IMG/VR virus record: IMGVR_UViG_3300014205_000201
Length of the DNA: 23,129 nt
Strand: one strand, 5' to 3'
DNA from: a virus
Lineage: Duplodnaviria; Heunggongvirae; Uroviricota; Caudoviricetes
Both the position numbers and the translations under genes were made by a program. How positions within the stretch are numbered: position 1 is the stretch's first letter; each line of letters starts with the position of its first letter. Below the pieces are notes generated by a model. That model did no database searches. It saw only the letters and a program-made list of their open reading frames with translations, and had not been told where the DNA came from. Of this stretch, positions 16,247 to 23,129 are shown one piece after another.

Positions 16247-19200
16247 AGGTTAAAGTTTCCCTTCTTGTATTCCTCGAATAATATTAGAACCGTGAAGACT
16301 CCAGCTAATGCGAATAATGGTATACTGCCTTGCCACCAACCCAAAGTTAACAGTACCCCACCGATTACCCAAGCGATTAAGCATGATGCACCAGTGCTAT
16401 AGAAGCTACCGATACCTAAAGCGAATAGAATCAGCATTGCAGCTAAAAGTTGTGTTGGATCTATCCCACCCCACCCCGTATATGTCGCTGGCAATGTGGG
16501 GATATAGCTGCCTAGATTATCCCAGTCGATTTGTGCCCATGGGTTACTGGAGACCTCGGATGGAACAGTTAAGGTAAAACTATATGATACGCCACCGCTT
16601 AATGAGGTGACTGTTATATAGTATGCTGTGTTTGCATCTGCTGATCCCCAAGTGAAAGTAACACTATTACCGGTACTGTTAGAGGTATAATCTGTTACTG
16701 ATGTGGTGCCTTGTAAATGGCTGATTGTTATTGCTACCCAAGTTGTGTTGCTTGTTGGATCTAAGTATGTGGTTGAGATTACGTTTGATGCGGTTCGGTT
16801 GGCGTATGCTGTTATTACATTGGTTGTTTGTGTTGTGGGAAAGTTTCCAGCTAACACGTTTAAGCTGATTGCAAGTTGCCCTGGGGTTCCAAGGGTGGCG
16901 GCGGTGAATGTTTGGCTGTAGCTTCCTTGTTCGCATATGAATGTTAAAGTGTAGATTTGATATTGTTGCATTACGAATACGACGTAGCCGCCAGTTTCGT
17001 TAAGATTTACTTGTTCTACGGTATAGCTATGATTGCCATCAGGTGAGATGCTTGTTTTTAGATATGGGTTTATCATGCCATAATAGTCTGATACGCTGAA
17101 AGTGTATTGGTATGCTGGCGCGGTTGGGTCAAGAATGTATAGGTTTACTACTGTATCATTGATGCCTGTTAAGCCACTGGCGAATCGGTAAACTCTGGTT
17201 CCGTTTAAGGTACTGCTTGTGCTGCTAGCGTTCCATGTTAATTGCGTAAATGGGCTAGTGCTGGCGATGTATATTGAGTCGGCTACTCCGATGCTGCTGT
17301 TTAAAGTGTTTTGGTAGATGGTGTTGTTTGCGAATGATAAGGTGAAGGTGGTGGATTCGCCTGCGGCTGGGTTTCCATTTTCGTAGTATGGCCCATTTAT
17401 TGTTACGTTGTATGATGCTGTTCCTGATGGGGTACTTCCAGTTGACCATGCGGCAGTTGCGGTTTTTGCGGTGCTCATTGTTATGGGGTTGCTTGTTATG
17501 CTTGTGCCTGATGCGTCACCTGTCCATCCGAGTAATGTGTGTACTCCATCGATGTTAGTTGCTACTCCTGCGTATGCTGTTGCGCCACTGTTATACCATC
17601 CTTCGCCGGATTTTGGTAGACCATAAGGGGAGGTTACTGTGAGGTAATATTGAGTTATCCAGCTAGCCGTAGCCATGGTAGGTGCTGATATAGTTATTGC
17701 ATTGCTTTGTGTTGCGTTGGTTCCGCCTACGCTCCAACTTTGGAAACTATATTGTATCCCAGTACCTCCGCTTACTGTGCTACTGGTTAATCCAGCGTAT
17801 GCTGTTGATCCATCATTATACCAACCGCTTCCTGTTGTGGTTCCATAGGCAGAAGTTACTGTAAGATAATATTGAGTAACGTAACTGTTGCTTGTTTCCG
17901 TGATTGGATTATTCATCGTGACAGTGTAGCCTTGTGTGGAACCAGTGTAGCTTCCTGTGCCGGTGCCTATCCATCCATTAAAATTTATTCTTGCACCCGT
18001 ACCAGCCGCTACTGGAGCAGTTAAATTAAAAGATGCTGATGCACCTTGATTGTACCATCCTGTGCCATTAGTTACAAAATAGGTTGAGGTTACAGTTAAG
18101 TAACATTGGGTTGTCCATACAGCGGTTTCAGTGATAGGCGCATTCATAATTATGTTTGTCGGGTAAATATTTGTGCCAGTATAATTACCGCTTCCACTCC
18201 CTGTCCAGCTAGCAAAAACGTACTGATAACCAGTTGAACCCGCGACGGTTCCTGAAGTTACTGTACATGAAACTGTGCTGCCAGCATTATACCATGTTTC
18301 CGCAGCGGGGTATGGAGAAGAGTATGCTGTTGAAACTGTTAATTTATATTGTGTTAAGTATGTTGCTGAAATAGTTGTTATTCCATAGATTGTTTGCGGG
18401 AAACCGGTGCTGCTGGATAAAACAAATTGTTTGCCAGTAGTGGAGCTTGCTACTGTGCTGCCATAACTGAAAGTTGTTGAAGATCCATAAGCGACATATT
18501 TCGAGAATGGCAGATTAGCATAGGTTTTAGCTGCACCGTCAACAGTTACAACTGTGCCAGATGAGGATGCATCTAATCCTGAAGCAGAATAAGTTACTAG
18601 AAACTCATACTGCGTCAGAATGTATGTTGATGGAAATGATGTGGGTGCAGAAATTGTTTGCGGCAAAGAAGCAGAAGAATATAAGGCATATCGATAATGC
18701 GCGATGGAACTTGATACTGGATCTGAATAGGTAAAACTTACCGAAGTGCCATTGTTTACCCATTTAATAAATGGCAAATCAGCATAAGTTTTCGCTACAC
18801 TATCAACAGTTACAACTGTTCCTGAAGAGGTGGAGTTCATGCCAGAAGGCGCTTCAAAAGTTATTTGATATTGAAGTTGCCAATTATAAGTAATAGTATG
18901 ATTTGCTGTAATAGAAGTAAAAGTGTAATTTGTTCCCGCTGTGGATCCACCGCTATCTATACTATAGCCTGTACAGACATATTGAGCACCGCTACCTGCC
19001 GATACTGGGCTAGTTACTGATGTAGTATAATTGCCGCCTGATACAACCCAAGCTGAAGAAGTAGGAGAATCATACGCACTATTTACTGCGATAAGATAAT
19101 AAGGTGTATAAATTACATGAGCATCAAAAGCATCAATAGTTACACCATCTGATCCAGCAGTAGTTATATTATGTGGATCACCCATATAAGTAAATACATC

Positions 19201-19494
19201 GTCAATATCAACCGTCGCGGTTTTATATATGCCAAGACCAGTATCAGTATAGCTAGCTACAAATTTATTATCAAAATAAACTGCAACTGCCGAAGCCTTT
19301 GGTTGTGTACTATAAACTAATTCAAAATACACATCCGTGATAGCGCCAGTAGCTGGCATATTCCAATTACCAGCATTACCAGCGGTATCTGCTCTTGTTG
19401 GTTCCACAAAATAAATACTAGCGATAATAGTTGCTATAAGGGCTACTGCTAAGATAACAGCTAACTTTGGATATTTACCGGTTGGTTTATACAT
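16243..19494 (-). CDS. Large (1083 aa) Ser/Thr/Gly-rich adhesin/tail-filament-like protein with tandem InlB-B-like repeats and C-terminal TM helices
   Basis: Signal peptide; repeats QYYLTV...G.GWYN.G; many N-x-S/T sequons; three TM helices at the C-terminus. Confidence 0.8.
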   Translation of the reverse strand: MYKPTGKYPKLAVILAVALIATIIASIYFVEPTRADTAGNAGNWNMPATGAITDVYFELVYSTQPKASAVAVYFDNKFVASYTDTGLGIYKTATVDIDDVFTYMGDPHNITTAGSDGVTIDAFDAHVIYTPYYLIAVNSAYDSPTSSAWVVSGGNYTTSVTSPVSAGSGAQYVCTGYSIDSGGSTAGTNYTFTSITANHTITYNWQLQYQITFEAPSGMNSTSSGTVVTVDSVAKTYADLPFIKWVNNGTSVSFTYSDPVSSSIAHYRYALYSSASLPQTISAPTSFPSTYILTQYEFLVTYSASGLDASSSGTVVTVDGAAKTYANLPFSKYVAYGSSTTFSYGSTVASSTTGKQFVLSSSTGFPQTIYGITTISATYLTQYKLTVSTAYSSPYPAAETWYNAGSTVSCTVTSGTVAGSTGYQYVFASWTGSGSGNYTGTNIYPTNIIMNAPITETAVWTTQCYLTVTSTYFVTNGTGWYNQGASASFNLTAPVAAGTGARINFNGWIGTGTGSYTGSTQGYTVTMNNPITETSNSYVTQYYLTVTSAYGTTTGSGWYNDGSTAYAGLTSSTVSGGTGIQYSFQSWSVGGTNATQSNAITISAPTMATASWITQYYLTVTSPYGLPKSGEGWYNSGATAYAGVATNIDGVHTLLGWTGDASGTSITSNPITMSTAKTATAAWSTGSTPSGTASYNVTINGPYYENGNPAAGESTTFTLSFANNTIYQNTLNSSIGVADSIYIASTSPFTQLTWNASSTSSTLNGTRVYRFASGLTGINDTVVNLYILDPTAPAYQYTFSVSDYYGMINPYLKTSISPDGNHSYTVEQVNLNETGGYVVFVMQQYQIYTLTFICEQGSYSQTFTAATLGTPGQLAISLNVLAGNFPTTQTTNVITAYANRTASNVISTTYLDPTSNTTWVAITISHLQGTTSVTDYTSNSTGNSVTFTWGSADANTAYYITVTSLSGGVSYSFTLTVPSEVSSNPWAQIDWDNLGSYIPTLPATYTGWGGIDPTQLLAAMLILFALGIGSFYSTGASCLIAWVIGGVLLTLGWWQGSIPLFALAGVFTVLILFEEYKKGNFNL
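17440..18870 (-). repeat. Tandem ~75-aa coding repeats (four QYxLTV...GWYN units plus two SGTVVTVD units)
   Basis: Seen directly in the translation of 16243..19494; boundaries approximate. Confidence 0.7.
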
Positions 19495-19514
19495 GGTTTA
19501 TGTCTCAACTATTT

Positions 19515-19964
19515 TTAAGTGTGAATATCACGCTGGAATATTAACCCAAAGAGATAGAGTACAACCCATACTGCGACCCATAATCCTAATGTAACTATTA
19601 ATGGATCAGTAATATCTGAACCTGCGCCAGTGGCAGTAACTATAGCTCCGATAGTATTGGGTATGGATAGGAAGAAATATTGTGCTATGGGAAAGAAAGC
19701 ACCTATCCCAAATATTAAGACTGCATACAGTGCGTACGTCCCCGAACGGGTCAAAATCCCAATTATTGTCACAGCCGCTGCACCGCCTATACCCATAAGC
19801 GCAGTGAAAGGCGTAAGTTGAAATAGATTTTTTAAGCTTAATACATCAGCAGTATTGCCCATCGGATAGTTTAATGTTGGACCAAACACTTGGAAAGCAG
19901 CACATAGAAAACATGCGCTTTGCAATGCAACCGCTAGGAATAGCATGGTTATGAAGCCTTTCAT
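19515..19964 (-). CDS. Hydrophobic multi-TM protein, probable virion membrane/minor structural protein
   Basis: 149 aa, almost entirely hydrophobic, within the structural operon. Confidence 0.7.
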   Translation of the reverse strand: MKGFITMLFLAVALQSACFLCAAFQVFGPTLNYPMGNTADVLSLKNLFQLTPFTALMGIGGAAAVTIIGILTRSGTYALYAVLIFGIGAFFPIAQYFFLSIPNTIGAIVTATGAGSDITDPLIVTLGLWVAVWVVLYLFGLIFQRDIHT

Positions 19965-20914
19965 TTTTTAAGTAACTCCTGCAATGTTGTCTTTTGATTA
20001 CATAAAGCTTTCAAGATATCTTTGTTAATTCTAAATGTCATCCATCCAGCTTCAGCCATTTCTGCATCACGATCTCTATCTAACTGAGCACGTTTTTCAT
20101 TATGCCAGTATTCGCCATCATATTCAAAGTCTAATTGCTTTGATGGGATACCTATGTCTGCGAAGCGGTATGTTCGGTTTGTTTTGACTGGGAGTTCCAT
20201 GGTTGCATCTGGGAAGATTTGTTTTAGAAATAGGAATAATTCTTTTTGAGGTTTTGAAACTCGTTGTCTTGTCCATAATTCAAAGTGAGCAATCGCTATA
20301 TTTCGTTTATGCTCTGGTGTAAAGTTTTTAGGTTTACCTCTTTGAGCATCTCCAAGTTTCTTTCTCCACTCTTCAGAAAATGGTGGGCGTTTCCCAGTAT
20401 TTTTCCCTTTCATTCCTTGACTCATATGAAGAAGATGCTCAGGGGTAAATTTACCTTTTCTACCAGTATTACTTTTGTTACCTAATGAAGTTATCTTGCT
20501 GCTTTCACTTAATTTCTTCTTTGTTTCTTCTGTATGATGCAGACCTAGCCAGTTATTATTTCCTTTTTGAAATCTTCGTGGTTCAAGTTTTTGCTCCTGC
20601 GTAAGTGGATGTAAATCATAAAAGTTTTTTAATGATTTTGAAATTTTTTGTTTATGATCTTCGCTTTTTGGACCTAATGGTATTCCTTTGTGTGCATCCA
20701 CTTGCTTTTGCTTGTATTCATCATCAAAAGGATTAAGTCTTAACCGCTCTTTTTGTGAAGCAGATAGTTTTTGCTTAGATTCCTCTTTCATTGGGATACC
20801 CTTATGGGCAGCACTCATTTTTTGCCTAGCTTCCTCACTCATAGTATAAGTCTTATGCCACTCAATCATCTGTTCAGAACGCTCACGCCTTCTTTCCTCA
20901 GTCCAAACGGTCAA
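19961..20914 (-). CDS. Free-standing homing-type endonuclease: NUMOD3 repeats plus a C-terminal PD-(D/E)XK/Vsr/DUF559-like nuclease
   Basis: Repeated HTEETKKKLSES / SEEARQKMSAAHKG motifs; C-terminal YRFADIGIP...DFEYDGEYWH...DRDRD...GWMTFRI. Confidence 0.8.
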   Translation of the reverse strand: MTVWTEERRRERSEQMIEWHKTYTMSEEARQKMSAAHKGIPMKEESKQKLSASQKERLRLNPFDDEYKQKQVDAHKGIPLGPKSEDHKQKISKSLKNFYDLHPLTQEQKLEPRRFQKGNNNWLGLHHTEETKKKLSESSKITSLGNKSNTGRKGKFTPEHLLHMSQGMKGKNTGKRPPFSEEWRKKLGDAQRGKPKNFTPEHKRNIAIAHFELWTRQRVSKPQKELFLFLKQIFPDATMELPVKTNRTYRFADIGIPSKQLDFEYDGEYWHNEKRAQLDRDRDAEMAEAGWMTFRINKDILKALCNQKTTLQELLKK

Positions 20915-21201
20915 AGAGATAGATCCTCCACTTCATTAGTGCCACGCTTCCAAGCAGAAACCACAATCAAAATCAACAACCCAACATTAATCGCCACAAT
21001 CGTAATAGGACCAACATACCGAAGCGTACTCTGTAAATTAACAAGATTCAAATTACCCAAGGTGTAAGTTGCAAAACTGTCAAAAAATGTATTCGCAGTA
21101 TAGGCTATAACCACATATGTAATATCTGCTACGAATAGAACAATGACTAAGACAAGATTAGTGTAAAAATTACCAGCCCTATCAGATAACAAAGTTCTCA
21201 T
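20911..21201 (-). CDS. 96-aa two-helix hydrophobic protein, minor capsid/pilin-like
   Basis: Real start ATG 21201 (TGATG overlap): MRTLLSDRAG-NFYTNLVLVIVLF...; the track's N-terminal 32 aa overlap the upstream gene. Confidence 0.7.
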   Translation of the reverse strand: MRTLLSDRAGNFYTNLVLVIVLFVADITYVVIAYTANTFFDSFATYTLGNLNLVNLQSTLRYVGPITIVAINVGLLILIVVSAWKRGTNEVEDLSL

Positions 21202-21437
21202 CAGTATGACTCCGCATTTTGATTTTCTGCTTTTGACATTATCAAAGTTTTGAAGACGACACTGATTACAATGAAGACTAGCACATATCCCGTGCAAGCA
21301 CCCATAACCTGAAACGCAAATAACTCAGGTCCAGAAAACGTATAATTAATACTCTCCTCTAACAAAACAAAAGCAGTGTTCAAAGGCCACACAATCAACG
21401 GGATGAAAACGAGTGAGCAGATAGCGCTGATCCACAC
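21201..21437 (-). CDS. Small two-helix hydrophobic protein, minor capsid/pilin-like; start uncertain
   Basis: Two hydrophobic helices. The frame stays open upstream of GTG 21437 (…ILKYLCRFRSSRSG-LSYVWIS), so it may start earlier. Confidence 0.6.
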   Translation of the reverse strand: MWISAICSLVFIPLIVWPLNTAFVLLEESINYTFSGPELFAFQVMGACTGYVLVFIVISVVFKTLIMSKAENQNAESY

Positions 21438-21481
21438 ATAACTTAAGCCAGAACGGCTAGAACGAAATCTACAAAGATACT

Positions 21482-23129
21482 TTAGAATATTTGTGATTGT
21501 TCTTCCCCCGACTCTTTCTCGCCTAATAATTGGAATCCTTCAAGCAATGGATTAACAAACTTGTAACTTTTTACACCAGTCTTTTTGCCGCCACCGCTTG
21601 AACTGCCACCAACACCTTCAAACTTAGAACCATAAGGTGGCAAGAATGTATTACCAAAATTATCAAAGCCAGAAGAAGCCACCCTACCAGTTCTTGTATC
21701 TTGAACTATCGGATCAGGTTGACGTGGAACTATAGGTTGTATTTGAATAGGAGTAATAATAAGATCAGGAGTTTGTATAACAGCATTATCTGGTGTTTGT
21801 ACATTAATTATATCTGAAGAAGTACCAACTATATCACGACGGCGAGTATTGAAGAAATAGTTTGTTCTTATGTTGCGGTCAAATCTCTGGGTTTTACCAA
21901 TAGACAGATTGATTTGTGGTTCATTAGGAATACTACGAACACCGCTTAATACGCCACCTAAGTTTTGGCGGCGGTCAACATTATTATTTTGTGAAGAAAC
22001 AATTGTGCTAGTTACTAATGGAAGATCATTCGGTTTTGCTAAACCGCTAGGTGGATAACTTGTGTAAACAGATTCATAGTCCTCATCGCTACGGGTATTA
22101 GGTTTATAGTAGCTTCTGCCTTTGAAGCTGGTAAATGGATTTTGCCCTTGTGCACCGTATACTTCAGTAATGGAAGCATCAAATGTGGCGACTTGCCGCA
22201 TATAGGTTTGTTGCTTATTTTGTTTATTTGCTACGTTAGCGCCACTTGCGCTTGAAAGGTTTAACGGTTTTTGGCTAGCCACCAAATCAACCGAAACCAA
22301 ATTCTTAGGAACATCAACATACAATGTTTTACGTTCAGAAACCGATGCTGGCTTACCAGTAGTGCTCATAATTTGTTCTGTCTTAGAACCTCTACTGTAA
22401 GCTTCATAGATTGGCTTATTATTTATATCTCTGAGAACAGTTCCTTTTTCATCAAGTTTCAGGTATCCTTCAAATGGTTTTTTAATTGATTTGCTACCCT
22501 TTGTAATTTCATTATAACGCTGTAAAGTTAAAGCCTCATCAGGTGCTCTTGCACTACCAACAGTGTTATCGCCTAAGACGTTATATTGTAAATCTCTAAA
22601 GTTAGCCATAGCTCTATCTTGAGGTGTAGAAAGCAAATCTTGAGGATATTCAACTTTCGCCTTTTGCCTATTCTGATTTTTTAACACTTCACCTATTTCT
22701 GGACCAGCTTCACCGATAGGAATAGTTCTACCTGTATCACTAATGATATCGCCAACATCGTTTGAGACTTTATTTTGCACATCTCTAACAGAGAAGACTT
22801 TATCTGTCCGTAATCCCTTTGAAGTGAACTCGGCACCGACTCCTTTTGGTGCACCTTCCATTTCCCCAATTTTATAATTGTTTATTATTTCATCGCGCCA
22901 ATTACTTGGCACATTTCTATTTAACAGAATATCAATATCTCTGGTTACTGGAACTTCAGCACGTAATTTGAATGCTAAATTGCCACGGGTTATCAATGTT
23001 GCTTTACTAAGATTGCCTGAAGTGTTAAGATGCGTTTCTTCCAGAAGAACCGAATTAGTATAAGACTTTTTGGATTGAGGCAGTTTAATATCGAACTCTG
23101 AAATTTTAGCGCCCGGTACTTCCATACCA
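21482..23129 (-). CDS. Large hydrophilic protein, probably N-terminally truncated by the window edge (possible internal virion protein)
   Basis: 547+ aa; the frame is open to the window edge upstream of ATG 23125; Gly/Lys-rich C-terminal tail; no recognisable motif. Confidence 0.65.
   Translation of the reverse strand, partial: GMEVPGAKISEFDIKLPQSKKSYTNSVLLEETHLNTSGNLSKATLITRGNLAFKLRAEVPVTRDIDILLNRNVPSNWRDEIINNYKIGEMEGAPKGVGAEFTSKGLRTDKVFSVRDVQNKVSNDVGDIISDTGRTIPIGEAGPEIGEVLKNQNRQKAKVEYPQDLLSTPQDRAMANFRDLQYNVLGDNTVGSARAPDEALTLQRYNEITKGSKSIKKPFEGYLKLDEKGTVLRDINNKPIYEAYSRGSKTEQIMSTTGKPASVSERKTLYVDVPKNLVSVDLVASQKPLNLSSASGANVANKQNKQQTYMRQVATFDASITEVYGAQGQNPFTSFKGRSYYKPNTRSDEDYESVYTSYPPSGLAKPNDLPLVTSTIVSSQNNNVDRRQNLGGVLSGVRSIPNEPQINLSIGKTQRFDRNIRTNYFFNTRRRDIVGTSSDIINVQTPDNAVIQTPDLIITPIQIQPIVPRQPDPIVQDTRTGRVASSGFDNFGNTFLPPYGSKFEGVGGSSSGGGKKTGVKSYKFVNPLLEGFQLLGEKESGEEQSQIF

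Larger units (their letters stand above)
1..23129. mobile_element. Segment of an archaeal virus/provirus genome, probably spindle-shaped-virus-like (host possibly Bathyarchaeia or a related Thermoproteota lineage)
   Basis: No housekeeping genes. Compact co-oriented operons with small two-helix hydrophobic capsid-like proteins, membrane-anchored adhesins, glycosylation genes and free-standing homing endonucleases. Archaeal promoter motifs. No integrase, packaging ATPase or replication gene in the window, so the virus type is inferred. Confidence 0.7.

Noticed and set aside
13079-20914. HNH and NUMOD3 genes as intron-encoded ORFs
   Set aside because: Flanking genes are complete with their own starts and stops, and I found no flanking BHB or group I elements; both look free-standing.
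20911-21297. 128-aa version of the small hydrophobic gene
   Set aside because: The first 32 codons overlap the upstream gene; ATG 21201 in a TGATG overlap is the better start.
11-23063. Remaining short ORF-track entries overlapping longer genes (e.g. 11..196, 1269..1505, 10604..10819, 16308..16577)
   Set aside because: Antisense or alternative-frame shadows with no motifs or initiation signals.
1-23129. CRISPR array, tRNA or rRNA genes, integrase/att sites
   Set aside because: None seen; the repeats present are coding repeats or short promoter motifs.

Overview
AT-rich, gene-dense window of archaeal character: TTG/GTG starts, 4-nt gene overlaps, BRE/TATA promoters and a PEF-CTERM-like sorting signal. 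It reads as part of an archaeal virus or provirus genome, most likely spindle-shaped-virus-like. Almost all genes are on the minus strand. From the right end there is a virion/membrane module: a large hydrophilic protein, small two-helix hydrophobic proteins, a 1083-aa and a 491-aa Ser/Thr-rich membrane-anchored adhesin-like protein, and a small two-helix major-capsid-like protein. A GT-C glycosyltransferase, a beta-helix adhesin and a PKD protein follow. The left end is a glycan synthesis/modification cluster (radical SAM, GT-B pair, N-acetyl-sugar amidotransferase, two methyltransferases). Two free-standing homing-type endonucleases (HNH; NUMOD3 plus nuclease) sit inside the structural operons. 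Key observation: the ORF called at 13878..14267 is a frame chimera. The real capsid-like gene (ATG 14233 to TAA 13882) is interrupted by two frame-breaking mini-introns of 29 nt (14147..14175) and 32 nt (13928..13959). Each folds into a bulge-helix-bulge (BHB) motif. Cutting at the canonical archaeal tRNA-splicing-endonuclease positions restores a clean 96-aa protein. This suggests a viral structural mRNA that must be spliced by the host tRNA splicing machinery. All folds and translations were done by hand; no database search was run.
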